Origin: Centroscyllium fabricii
Taxonomy: Eukaryota
Direction: 5' to 3'
DNA: 64,000 nt
Assembly: GCA_051313645.2 (NCBI GenBank)
Contig: JBNRSN020000001.1
Location: 337,714,001 to 337,778,000, forward strand
Made by a program: the position numbers and the translations under genes. This document shows positions 36,614 to 49,795 of the stretch, piece after piece; within the stretch, counting starts at the first letter, position 1, and the number at the start of each line of letters is the position of its first letter. The notes under the pieces were generated by a model. That model was not told the origin of the DNA, did not search any database, and worked only from the letters and a program-made list of their open reading frames with translations.

Positions 36614-39529
36614 TCACACTACAACTGGCTAAAGAAAGAAAAATAAATCTGAGCCCCCACTTCTAATCACTCTCCGGTGATCTGTCCTAGGAGATTCGTA
36701 TGTGCGGACATGTGGCACCCCATGCAGCTGAATAGCTTCCCAACATTTGCCAGTCTAGGCTCACAATGAAGAATAGCCATTTGGGTGAAGCATGGAGGGC
36801 TGGCAGCACAGCAGGAAAGAATGGGAGAATTTGAAAGGAATGAATACAATGAAACTTTTCGAAAAGCATATGAATTTATTCTTTAATGCACAAAGAGTAA
36901 TAGCAGAAGGATGATACAGACTATGTAACATACTGACACAGTGAATGTAAATGAACACAAACAAAGGAGTCGAAAGAAAATGTACTTTTATCATCTCGGG
37001 CATGAAATAAGCATGAGCTAAAAGTCAGAGGAAAGTGGGGGTTGGGCTTAAATGTCCAGAATCAGATCTCTGATGTTGAACTATGGCCATGGGGAAAACA
37101 GAGGTTGAGGGCACATATGGTCCTAATTAGCTCAAAATCAACCCTACCATTACGAGGTATGTCCTGGAAAGAGAGAGGAACAAATCAGGTGGAGATTTTT
37201 TTAAAAGAGCTTTCAGTCGACAGAAAGAATTAAAGCAACAGGATTTCATGAACATAGTTAGAAAACCAAAATATTGCTCACCTATGCCTAGTTCAGACTG
37301 CCCTCTGTAAAAGTATCCTGCTCCTCTGTGTAATCACTTTAATACCAATAGTGCCAGTAACTCCATATTTAAAAGGAGCTCTGATTAACGCACGTTACTT
37401 GCAACCTCATCGATGTGGTGACACCAGCTGAGCTAGATATAAATGAGCAATGTTGCTGGTGTTGGATCCCAAATCAGGGCAATCATTTGCTGGAGACAGA
37501 TATTAAGATCCCTAATAATGAAAAATATCCCATCTGTGGCTGCTATAGCAGTTGCGATCTGTTGATGTGGCACAAAATGTTCCAATTGTGCCAAGTCTGC
37601 TAATGTTGCACTCTTCCTGCAAGCTGTATCACCAGCAATATAAACTGTCTAATCTGTGCGTATGAAAACAACTAAATGTGCCAACCATAACTATATCAGC
37701 AGTGCTAAATTGTTCTTCACTATGCTAATCATAGTAATGGTGCAGCTAAATAGGTTGTAACATCTGTAATCACACCATTGGTGGCAATTATATCGGTCTT
37801 TGAAAACGGACTGTTTGGCTTGTGCTAAATATATTCAGATTCAAACATGAAAAGAAAGCAGCAGACATTGTCAGTTAGGTGTACTATATTAAAGAAAAAA
37901 GTTAGAATAAATAAATGATAGAAAATAAAGGTAAATCAAAGCACATATGACTTCGGCGACTGGAGATAATCTAATGGCTGTCCATCATAGCAGCCTGTGG
38001 CATCAGTTGGAGTTTATTTATTCAACATACAGATAAACTAGATAAGTCTTAAAACAAAACCTATAAAAAAAAACACAAATCTGAAAGGCTGGATTGATGA
38101 TCAGTGTACCAAGAATGTGCCACAGGCTGGTAGGACACAGGATCTTCCAAAACATCCTCTACCCTTTAGCCAAGTCGTCAACAGGAGATGGTGAGAAGAT
38201 ACGAGCTGTGCTGTTTACTCCATAAGGAAGGAGGTGATGGTCATATATTTAAATAAAACTGAATGACTCCAAGCTGCTCTTAGGACTTCCTATTGGCCAG
38301 ATTAAGAGCAGTGCTGGAAGAGAATTAAGAGCAGGATGCATTCCTTGTCAATTTACAAATGGCATGCAGCGGAAGTAGATCTTTCTATTCAGTAACAAAT
38401 AAAGTGAAGATCTTACCTCTATAAAAAGTGGGTACACTTCAAAAAAGCAATTCATTGACTGTGAAGCACTTTGAGACACCCTGAGAGTACGGTGGAGCAC
38501 TATATAAAAGCAAATATTTTCTTTCTATATTAAAATTTAATACTGTGGCCATCAAAGCCTTTGCATTTTCTTTACTAAGCCACTAACAACAATCAATACA
38601 TGCAGGAATCAAAATCTTTGAGCAGTTGCCACCACTTAAATATACAAAATGTTCACAAGTTCAAGATGTTCACCTCATAAATTACTTTTAGTTCACTTAT
38701 CATGCTTCATTTAGGACATAATACTTAATTGGCTCCAGCTACCTAGCCATCACATGGTCTTCTAGATTCCATTGCTGTCCCAGTTCACAAGGGAGTGCAC
38801 AAAGAGCACTTCCTAAACACTAATTACACACACTCTTGTCATGGCTGTGTATCTGTATGTTATATGTTGTTTGTGTGCATGATACATTTATACACACATC
38901 ATACACACAAACAACATAGATATCCTGGCGAAATCAACACTTACACAGAACAATGTTCACCAGGGCTCCAATGGGATTATTTACAGGTAGTCTGGGCCCT
39001 GGAGCATGGCAGGGATTTAACTGCTAACCTGGCCTGTCCCATCAAGGCAATGGCATTAGGACTCCCAGTGTTAATCGAGGTAATTATAGGTGCTTGTAAA
39101 TTCCTCGGGTCAATTAGAGGTCAATAAAGCTTGTAAATTTAAGGGTCCAGGATGAAATGCCTAGTTTTCTTTCCCTTTGTAAAGATTGTTTCACATCGAG
39201 TAACACATTTTGGTGTGTGAAGTGTGGAGGATATGTGCTAAATGCAAGATTATAATAATATTAAATACATTTTCTTGTATTTACCAAACTGCACACACAA
39301 GCAGGTCTCTTGTGGCATTGCTCACAGCGAGTCAGACGATATGCTATTTTATATTCAGGAAGGCTGTTTATGCCATATAAGATTTCATATCAGTGCCACT
39401 GATTTATGGTGACTGATTAAGTCAAATCCTGTATTATATGGTATTCTGGAGTTTGTATTGGTGCTTTGGAGATTGATTTCCATGGCTCTGTCCCTTCTTC
39501 TGTGAAAACTGAAAATCAGTGGTCTTTAG

Positions 39530-39988
39530 CGTCAGCGGTGGCTCAGTTGGTCGCACCCTCACCTCTGAGTCAGAAGGTCATGAGTTCAAGTCCCACTCCA
39601 GGGACTTGAGCACAAAAATCTAGATTGACACTCCAGTGCAGTACTGAAGGAGTGCTGCACTGTTGGAGGTGCCGACTTTCGGATGAGACATTAAACCGAG
39701 GCCCCGTCTGCTCTCTTAGGTGGACGTAAAAAATCCCATGGCACTATTTTGAAGATGATCAGGGGAGTTGTCCCCACTGTCCTGGCCAACATTTATTCCT
39801 CAATCAACATCACTAAAACAGATTACATGGTTATTATCACATTGCTGTTTGTGAGAGCTTGCTGTGCACAAATTGGCTGCTGCGTTTCCTACCTTACAAC
39901 AGTGACTCCACTTCAAAAAGTACTTAATTGGCTGTAAAGCACTTTGGGACATCTGGTGGTTGTGAAGGGCACGATATAAATGCAAGTA
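39530..39988 (+). mobile_element. Full-length Deu-domain tRNA-SINE (SacSINE1-like)
   Basis: A-box TGGCTCAGTTGG, B-box GTTCAAGTCC, Deu core CGGATGAGACATTAAACCGAGGCCCCGTCTGCTCTC..GGACGTAAAAAATCCCATGGCACTATT. Confidence 0.82.
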
Positions 39989-40799
39989 CAGGTATTATAT
40001 ATATATATATATTTATTCATTTTTTTCCCATACCATTTTTAAAGCTGAGGATACTCAACAAGATGGTGTGCAAGATCTATTTGTTGGAAGTAGGTATCTG
40101 GTATCTAGCAGTACAGGAGACAGAAGCAAGGTTTAGCTATGCTGAGGGGCAGTCCTGGGCTTCAGTAGCAATGAGACTGATTGTGGGCTTTCTTTTTTTA
40201 AAACACCAGGGGTTGGTCTTGTGGTTTGGCAGAATGAAAGTGGGGAGACTAGAGAAGGAATTTCTGAGCGTGGGACCTAGGTGGCTGATGGCACAGTAGG
40301 GTGAAAGGGCATGGGCACACAACAAGCCAGAGTCATAGTAATGGGGAGATTTGTTGAGGAAATTATATAGAGTTGGAGAAGTTTTGAGAGATAAGGAAGA
40401 GGGGCAAAGCCTTGAAGGGATTTAAAGATAAAGATGAGAATGTTAAATTGGAGGGTTTGGGGGATCTGGAGTCAATGTAAGTCGGGGGTAAAAGGGGTGA
40501 TGGGTGAATGGAACCTGGTGCAGGATAGAATATGGATGAGCTGATGTTTATGGAGGGTAGAGGATGGGAGTCTGATGAAGAGAACATTGGAAGAGTTTAA
40601 TCTGGAGGTAACAAAGGCATGGATGAGAGTTTCAGCTGCAGATGGATTGAGGCTGGGGCAAAAACAGGCAACATTGCCGAGGATGTGATGGAGAGGTTAT
40701 CGGGTCGGAAACTCAGCTCAGGGTTAAATGAGATTGTGAACAGTCTGGTTCAGCCGGAGACTGTGGCTGGAGTGGGGAATGGAATCAGTGGCAAGGGTA

Positions 40800-41115
40800 C
40801 GTAGCCATTGAAGTACTTTAGAAGTGCAGTCACTGTTGTATTGTAGGCAAACACGGCAGCAATTTGTGCACAGCAAGGTCCCACAAAGAGCGAGGAGATA
40901 AATGACCACATAATCTGTTGACGGATAAATGTTGGCCAGGATACCCGTTCTTCTTTGACCAATAGCATTGGATCTTTTACATACACCTGGGAGGGGGGGG
41001 ACAGGACCTTGGTTTAACATCTTATCTGAAAGACGGTACCTCCAACAGCGCATCACTCCCTCCGTAGTGTCAGCTTAGATTATTTGCTCGAGTCCCTGAA
41101 GTGGAACTTGACCCG

Positions 41116-41148
<33 letters not shown>

Positions 41149-41165
41149 ACTGAACCAAGGCTGGC
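40800..41165 (-). mobile_element. Deu-domain SINE next to an L2 remnant (~40230-40799)
   Basis: Reverse-complement similarity to 39530-39988. Confidence 0.75.
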
Positions 41166-41319
41166 ACCTGAAGCAGTAGCCTGCCATAGTTGCTGCAAGG
41201 TATGCAATTTGGAGTGCCCCATTATAGAAAGGACATTAAAGTCATAGAAAGTGTACAGTGTCAATTACCAGGATATTGTCAGGGATGGCAAACATAATAT
41301 GAGGAGAGACTTGGGACCT

Positions 41320-41817
41320 TTTTTTTAATTCATTGATGGGATGTGGGCGTCGCTGGCTGGCTAGGCCTGCATTTAGTGCCCATCCCTAATTGCCCTTGAG
41401 AAGATGGTGGTGAGCTGCCTTCTTGAACCGCTGCAGTCCATATGGTGTAGGCACACCCACAACCACAATGTTGCGTAGTGGCTGTTTACAACTGAGTGGC
41501 TTACTAGGCCATTTCAGAGGGCATTAAGAGTCAACCACATTGCTGTGGGTCTGGAGTCACATGTAGGCCAGACCAGGTAAAGATGGCAGATTTCCTTCCC
41601 TGAAGGACATTAGTGAACCAGATGGGTTTTTGCAGCAATCGACAATGGTATCATGGTCGCCATTACTAAGACTAACATTTAATTCCAGAAATAAATTGAA
41701 TTGAGTTTAAATTCCACCAGCTGCCGTGGTGGGATTTGAACCCATATCCTCAGAGCATTTGACTGAGCCTCTGGCTTACCAGTCTAGTGACATAACCACT
41801 ACGCCACCGCCTCCCCC
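41320..41817 (-). mobile_element. tRNA-derived SINE whose tail matches the 3' end of the 3605-5653 LINE
   Basis: Head GGGGGAGGCGGTGGCGTAGTGG..GGTTCAAATCCC; 41331-41457 is near-identical to the reverse complement of 5513-5639. Confidence 0.85.
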
Positions 41818-43092
41818 TAACTACTTCCAATAAAGCAGAGATACTTCCAATAAAGCAGACAAGGGTAAGAGGAGATGTAATCGAGGTCTGTAAAATGATG
41901 AAGGGTTTTTATGGAGTGAATAAGGAGACAATCTCCTCTCAATTAGGAACCAGTGAGAAGCAGTCATGAAATTTAAATTGTTGCAAAAAAAAGTGACTAG
42001 AAAGGTTAGGAGAATTTCCTTGTGGGACCTTGCTGTGCACAAATTGCTGCCGTATTTGCCTACAAGACAACAGTGACTGCACTTCTAAAGTACTTCAATG
42101 GCTACGTACCCTTGCCACTGATTCCATTCCCCATCCAGCCGCAGTCTCCGGCTGAACCAAACTGTGTTGGAACAAAAAACACTGCAGATGCTGGAAATCT
42201 GAAACAAAAACAGAAAATTCTGTAAACACTCAGCCGGTCAGCCAGCATCTGTGGAGTGAACAGATAAGTTAACTTTTCAGATGTAGACCCTTCATCAGAA
42301 CTCTGCCAATTCCACTCCGAGTTAGCTGATAAGAGATGTGCAAGAGCAGCTGGTGAATGACTCTCCTTCCAATCTTTCCCCTTTGTGTAAAAGAATCTGG
42401 CTTCTGCTTTCTGCCTCAACACCGTAATACAGCCAAAATCAGGAACTCAATGATGTGGTGCAAATTAAACCCGTCACTCTTGGGCACCATGTATTTGCAC
42501 TCTGATGTAATGCACTATTATGCTGTGTGCCCATTAAAAAATATTCTCTGGATCTCATGAAAATTAATTAAGTGGTGCAAAAATGAACAGTAACATTGTG
42601 AAGCTGAAATAAAAGTCATTGGTTTCCCTGACTAATCCTAAAACATTCATAACAAACTGTACATCAACTAATGATCATTATTCATTTCTATGATGAAATG
42701 TTATGACAGGTAACCATGCCACTGACAACAAACAACACAGTTTAATAATTCTTGTTCAAAAGATTTAGATTAAAACAAGATCATCTATTATTTTAATATA
42801 AGTTTTTTATAGAGCCCATGTTACAGTAAAAAACCTGTAGTGCTTTGCGAATGTGTACCTGTGAAATTTGAACCAATGAAAAACATTCCCGTTTTGTACA
42901 CAGAATTAACAGCACAGAAACAGGCCATTTGACCTAGCTAGTCTATGCCGGTGTCTATGCTGCACACGAGCCTCCACCACTCTACTTCATCTAACCTCAT
43001 CTGCAAATCCCTCTAATCCTTTCTCCCTCATGTACTTGTCCAGCTTTCTCTTAAATGCATCTATGCGATTCACCTCAACTATCCTTGTGGTA

Positions 43093-43400
43093 CAGGTCCG
43101 ACACCGTTAATCCGGCACCAAGCCGGTGCCGGACTAGTGAAAAATCCGAACGACTGAAGCTTCGGCGAGTGCATGCGCAGACCATTCAAAATGGCCGCTG
43201 CGCATGCGCAGACATTCAAAATGGCCGCTGCGCATGCGCAGACATTCAAAATGGCCGCTGCGCATGCGCAAACATTCAAAATGGCCCCTGCGCATGCACG
43301 GCAGCCATTTTGAATGGTCTGCACATGCGCAGACCAGTCGGGGAGAGGCTCGGATTCGTGCTGGATGACTGAAGTTTCCGGATTAATGGTGCCGGACCTG
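43093..43400. mobile_element. Tc1/mariner-type MITE with internal 30-bp repeats
   Basis: 23-bp TIR CAGGTCCG(A/G)CACC(G/A)TTAATCCGG; TA duplication at 43091-43092 and 43401-43402. Confidence 0.9.
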
Positions 43401-44893
43401 TAGCACATTCCACATTCTAACCACTCTCTGGGTAAAGAATTTTCTCCTGAATTCTTCATTGGATTTATTAGTGACTATCTTATATTTATGACCCTTAGTT
43501 TTGGACACCCCCACAAGTGGCAACATCTTCTCTATGTCTACCCTGTCAAACCCCTTCATAATCTTAAAGTCCTCCATTGGGTCACCGCTCTGCCTTCTCT
43601 TTTCTAGAGAAAAGAGCCCCAGCCTATTCAGTCTCTCCTGATGGTTATAACCCCTCAGTTCTGGTATCATCTTTGTAAATCTTTTTTTGCTCCTTCTCCA
43701 GTGCTTATATATCTGTTTTGTAATACGGTGATCAGAACTGTAACATAGTTGCAGTGTGATCTAACCAAGGTTATAAAAATTTAACAACTTCCCTGCTTTT
43801 ATTCTAGAAATGAACCCCAGTGCTTAGTTTGTATTTTGGCCCTATTAACCTGCGTTGGTAGTTTTAATGATTTGTGAATGTGTACACATAGATTCCTTTT
43901 CCTGTACTCCATTTAGACTCTTATTTTCCAAAGATTATGTGGCTTCCTTATTCTTCCTACAAAAATGCAGCATTATATATATATATATATATAATATATA
44001 TAAAAATTAATTTGCCATTTACAACCATTCTGGAAGTATATCAACATCTTCTTGTAATTTTTCGCAGTCTTCCTCAGTATTAACTAGACCCCCAATTTGG
44101 TGTCATCCACAAATTCAGAAATTGTACTTCCAATTCCGGAGTTCAAATCGTTTATGTAAATAGTGAGCAGCAGTGGTCCCAGCATCGATCCCTGTGGAAC
44201 CCCATTTCCCACCTTCCACCAGTCTGAGTAACTACCTTTAACCCCGACTCTCTGTTTTTTGTTTTGTACCCAGCTGGCTAGCCAGTCTGCTACTTGTCCC
44301 CTGACTCCACATAATGTGACATCAGCCATGAGTCCGCTATGTGGTACCTTATTGAAGGCCTTTTGAAAATCCCAGTACATTACTATTGTCTATTCTTTCT
44401 GTTACTTCTTCAACAAACTCAGTAAGGTTGGTCAAGCATGACCTTCCCTTTTGAAATTCATGTTGACTATTCTTCAATGTGTTTTCGGTTTTTAGATGTC
44501 TTTCTATTACATCTTTGAGTAAAATTCCATTATCTTTTCCATCACCGATGTTAAGCTATCGGGTCTATCGTTCCCTGGATATGTTCTATCTCCCTTTTTA
44601 AATATAGGAATAACATTAGTCGTCCTCCAGTCTTCTGGCACTATACCATTTTCTAATGTATTTTTACAAATATATAAACTATCTCTTCCCTAGCTTCTCT
44701 AACCCAGTGGTTTTATCCTTTCTAAGTTTAATGACTTTATTATCTTACCCTTTCTATCTTCAATGTCTTGATATCCTTTTTTAAAACTCCTCTTCTAATG
44801 TCCTGTCCATCCCGTTTTTCTCCCTGGTAAACACTGCGGCAAAGTAATTATTCAATATTTCTGCCATTTCACGGTTATTACCTGTGAGTTTAT

Positions 44894-45203
44894 CATAGAA
44901 TCCCTACAGTGCAGAGAGAGGCCATTTCGGCCCATCGAGCCTGCACCGACACATATCCCACCCTATCCCCGTAACCCCACATATTCAATCCCCCTAACAC
45001 TAAGGGTCAATTTATCATGGCCAATCAACCTAACCCGCACATCTTTGGACTGTGGGAGGAAACCGGAGCACCCGGAGGAAACCCATGCTGACACGGGGAG
45101 AATGTACAAACTCCACACAGATAGTCACCCGAGGCCGGATTTGAACCCGGGCCCCTAGCGCTGTGAGGCAACACTGCTAACCACTATGCCACCGTGCTGC
45201 CCC
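44894..45203 (-). mobile_element. Full-length V-SINE, short tail type
   Basis: Reverse-complement match to 4581-4903. Confidence 0.9.
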
Positions 45204-46036
45204 ATCTTGTGCCGTCCATTTATCTTGTGCATCCCTTATTGGCCCTATCCTTATCCTGATTTTTCTTTTGTTATTGGTTATTTATGTGTCTGTAGAATAC
45301 TTTCTTTTTAGATTTCTTGATAGCTTAATGTCATAGTACCTCTTTGCTTTCCTAATGTTTTTACTTCTTTCCTAAGCTCTTCATATTCCCTTTTATTATC
45401 CCTTTCTTTGTTGTCTATGTAATTAGTGTGTGCCTTCTTGTTTAGTTTCAATTTTCTCTTTATCTCTTCTTTCACCCATGGTGTTTAATTATTGGCTGGT
45501 TTGTTCATGTTCTCTCAGTGGAACGTATTTCTCCTGAACTCTCTCAATTACCTTTTTAAATATTTTCCACTGTTGTATCGTTTTTATGTCAGTATTTTGT
45601 TTTCCAGTTTATCTTCCCTAGTTCCACTCCCATTCCCTCAAAAATACCTTTTTTCCAATCTATTACATTGGTCTTTGTTTTACTTATGTCTTTCTCAATC
45701 ATTATTTTAAACTTTATGATGTTGCGATGGCTATTGCCTAGATGTTCCCCTACATTTACTTCTCTCATTTGTTCTGGTTCATTTCCCATTCCAGCAGTGA
45801 TTCTGCTCTTGTGTACTGGGTAAGAAAGGAGTCCTGTACACACTGTGAAAACTCCATTCCCTTAGCCCCTTTCACTGCCTTGTCTTGCCAGTTTATTTGG
45901 GGGGTAGTTGAAATCTCCCATGAGTATTATTCTATGTCTTTTACTCATTTCTTCCTCCACTTCCCTCCAACTATTAGGTGGTCGGTAGAATACCCCATTA
46001 GCATGATCAGTCACTTCTTATCCTTTATCTCAATCC

Positions 46037-46433
46037 ATGGTGGCACAGTGGTTAGCACTGTTGTCTCACAGCACTGGAGACCCGGGTTCAAATCCAGCCT
46101 CGGGTGACTATCTGTGTGGAGTTTGCACATTCTCCCCGTGTCTGCGTGGGTTTCCTCCGGGTGCTCCGGTTTCCTCCCACAGTCCAAAGATGTGTGGGTT
46201 AGGTTGATTGGCCATGATAAATCGACCCTTAGTGTTAGGGGGATTGAATGGGTGGGGTTACGGGGATAGGGTGGGGTATGTGTCGATGCAGGCTCGATAG
46301 GGATCGAGGGATATGGGGAGGGGGCAGGGGCAGGGTGCTGGGTTTGGATGATCAGCCATGATCTCATTGAATGGCGGAGCAGGCTCGAAGGGCCGAATGG
46401 CCTACTCCTGCTCCTAGTTTCTATGGTTCTATA
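46037..46433 (+). mobile_element. Full-length V-SINE with long CR1 tail
   Basis: Same structure as 34511-34906. Confidence 0.9.
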
Positions 46434-47891
46434 TGGATTCAGTTTCTACCTTAATGTTAGTTATTTCCCTTTTTTCTACTGCCTTTGTTACTGCTAATTA
46501 GCACAGCTACCCCACCTCCCCTCCTTCCTTCAATACCCTGTCTAAATACATTCTACACTGCAATATTTAACTTCAGCCATGCCCCCTCAAAAATATCTGC
46601 TCCTGGGAAAAAACACTTTCCATATCCTTTCATTCAGTATAAAATGTCCTCATATAGCAAAGAAATATTTGGCTTGATAATGGCAAACATCAATTAAGAA
46701 AAAATTCTCCCCACACAACATTTTAAAAAATAAACAGAAACAATTCTGATGAAGGGTACACACCTGAAATGTCATAACCCATCTTCCCTCTTTATAGATG
46801 TTGACTGATTTGCTGTGTATTTTGAACATGGTTTGTTTTTTAGATCTCCAAGATGTGCAGTTCATACAAATATTTCACAATTAGTCCAATGTGTGCCTGT
46901 GAGAACTTGACTTTGCTTTTAAATTCTACCAGCAAGACTATCTCAGTTTTTATCCCCTCCTCTCCTGAAGGCACCAAGACTTGCTGGGGTATAGTTCCAC
47001 AGATGTCAGCAGTCTTCCAATAACTCACCAAAGTAGCTGTTCTTCAGGTCTGAGTCTAAACAGTGAACATCGGCAGGATATTATTTTATGTGCAACTCTC
47101 TTATCCCATTCTCTCCTAAAGGTACTGACTTATGTTGGAATAGGATACTGCATCCACCCAGTACTTTGCCTAAATAGCTATTCTTCAGATGTATGTGACT
47201 TGGCAGGCTGTTTGCAACAGGAATCACAGACAAGCCTTATTCTTTTCTAATCTGTCGTCCACACTTTGCACCAGGGATCATGGAGTAGCCTTCAGGAGTG
47301 AGACAACTGGCTGATTTTCCTGGTCTTACCCTCGGACAGTGAAATCATTTGTTGCCCGGCCCTGCCACCCCAGCTGATATCAGCTATCAAAGCAGAGTGG
47401 AAACTGAACATGGACCTTCTCATCAGTCTAGTCAAGCAAATACTGTCCTTACAAATTGGACCATCAGGAAACCATCAGTAGACTGTTTACCTATGGAAAA
47501 AATGAGTGCAAATATGGAATGTCGTTTGCTGATACCCATACATGTAGACTTTCAATCAGGGGTCATTGGCTAATTATCAGGAGTGGGAGCCCTAGATAAT
47601 TTGCCATTCTTAGTAAGCAGTGGTTGCAGAACTACTGCCCTAGCGGAGACCAACTTGCTCAGTATAGACCAGAGATTAAATGTGGACCTTTCTGGTCCCT
47701 ATGGCTCAGCAGGAGGTGGTTTTATGCACTAAGCTATGAGTGGGAATTGGTACTCATGTACCAATGAGTGAAAGAACATCTTGAAGCTCTGCCAGTGGAT
47801 ACATGCAATTCCGGATTTGATAATGAACCATTCGGATTACTAAGGTCCCTGGTTAGTGCAGAGTTACCTAATCTCTGCTGAGGCTCCAGTG

Positions 47892-49795
47892 ACAAGTCAG
47901 AAGTGGGGATGTTCGCTGATGACTGCACAGTGTTCAGTTCCATTTGCAACTCCACAGATAATGAAGCAGTCCATGCCTGCCTGCAGCAAGACCTGGACAA
48001 CATTCAGGCTTGGGCTGATAAGTGGCAATTTACATTCATGCCACACAACCGCCTGGCAATGACTATCTCCAACAAAAGTGAGTCGAAACATCTCCCCATG
48101 ACATTCAATGGCATTGCCATCACCGAATCCCCCACCATCAATATCCTGGGGGGGGGGGGGTCCACTATTGACCAGAAACTTAACTGGACCAGCCACATCA
48201 ATACTGTGGCTACAAGAGCAGCTCAGAGGCTGGGTATTCTGCTGCAAGTGACCCACCTCCTAACTCCCCAAAGTTTTTCCACCATCTACAAGGCACAATT
48301 AAGGAGTGTGATTTTTAAAAATTATTTCCTGGGTTGTGGGAGTCGCTGGCAAGACCAGCATTTATTGCACATCCCTAACTTCCCTTGAGAAGATGGTGGT
48401 GAGCCACCTTCTTGAACCACTGTAGTCCATGTGGTTAGGGAGGGTGTTCTAGGGTTTTGACCCAGTGACAATGAAGGAATGGTGATATATTTCCAAGTCA
48501 GGATAATGTGTGACTTGGAGGGGGACTTACAAGTGGTGCTGTTCCCATGCACCTTCTGCCCTTGTCCTTCTAGGTGGTAGAGCTCATGGGTTTGGGAGGT
48601 GCTGCTGAAGAAGCCCTGGTGAGTTGCTGTAGTGCATCTTGTAGATGGTACACGCTGCAGCCACGGTACGCTGGTGGTGGAAGGAGTAAATGTTCATGGT
48701 GGTGGGTGGGGTGCCAATCAAGCAAGCTGCTTTGTCCTGGATGGGGTTGAGCTTCTTGAGTGTTGTTCGAGCGGCACTCATCCAGGCAAATGGAGAGTAT
48801 TCCATCACAGTCCTGTAGATGGTGGAAAGGCTTTGGGAAGTCAGGAGGTGAGATACATGCCACAGAATACCCAGTCCCTGACCTGCTCTCATTGCCACAG
48901 TATTTATTTGATACACAGAAACACAGAAGATAGGAGCAGGAGTAGGCCATTCGGCTCTTCGAGTCTGCTCCGCCATTTTTGATGAGATCATGGCTGATCA
49001 TCCAAACCCAGCACCCCCCTCCTACCCTCTCCCCATATTCCCCGACACCCCCAACTCGAAGAACTATATCTCACACACATACTCATGGGCAATTTTTAGT
49101 ATCTCCAATTCACCTAACCTGCAGTCTTTGGGTGGTGGGAGGAAACCGGAGTACCCGCAGGAAACCCACACGAACACTGGGAGAACATGCAAACTCCACG
49201 CAGAGGGGTCCCGGGCCAAGCAGGGTTCGAACCCAGGAGCTCCTTAGTGCGAGGCAGCAGTGCTAACCACTGCACCACCGTGTCATCGATGGAATACTCT
49301 CCACTTGCCCGGATGAGTGCAGCTCCAACAATACTGAAGAAGCTCGACACCATTGAGGACAAAGCAGCCCGCTTGATTGGCACCCCATCCACCACCTTAA
49401 ACATTCAATCCCTCCACCATCAGCGTACCGTGGCTGCAGTGTGTAGCATCTACAAGATGCACTGCAGCAACTCACCAAGGCTTCTTTGGCAGCACCTCCC
49501 AAACCAGTGATCTCTTCCACCTAGAAGGACAAGGTCAGCAGGTGCATGGGAACACCACCACCTCCAAGTTCCCCTCCAAATCACACACCATCCTGACTTG
49601 GAAATATATTGCCGATCCTTCATCGTCGCAGAGTCAAAATCCTGGAACTCCCTCCCTAACAGCACTGTGGGAGTACCTTCACCACACGGACTGTAGCTGT
49701 TCAAGAAGTTGGCTCACCACCATCTTTGAGGACAATTAAGGATGGGCAATCAATGTTGGCCTTGCCAGCGATGCCCACATCCCATGAACGAATAA
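47892..49795. mobile_element. Nested CR1/L2-group LINEs: plus copy (47892-48312, 49288-49795) interrupted by a minus copy (48318-48907) and a divergent V-SINE (48918-49282)
   Basis: MFADDCTVFSSI..QQDLDNIQAWADKWQ on plus breaks at GTGTGAT and resumes at GATGGAATACTC; the antisense copy encodes MEYSPFAWMSAA. Confidence 0.85.

Larger units (their letters stand above)
42895..46590 (-). mobile_element. Old CR1 LINE (3' tail to endonuclease region), hosting a MITE and two V-SINEs
   Basis: YWDFQKAFNKVPH, GVPQGSMLGPLLLTIYINDL, EFVDDTKLG, ERLNRLGLFSLEKRR, VGEHLGNSHRNIIKF. Confidence 0.85.
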
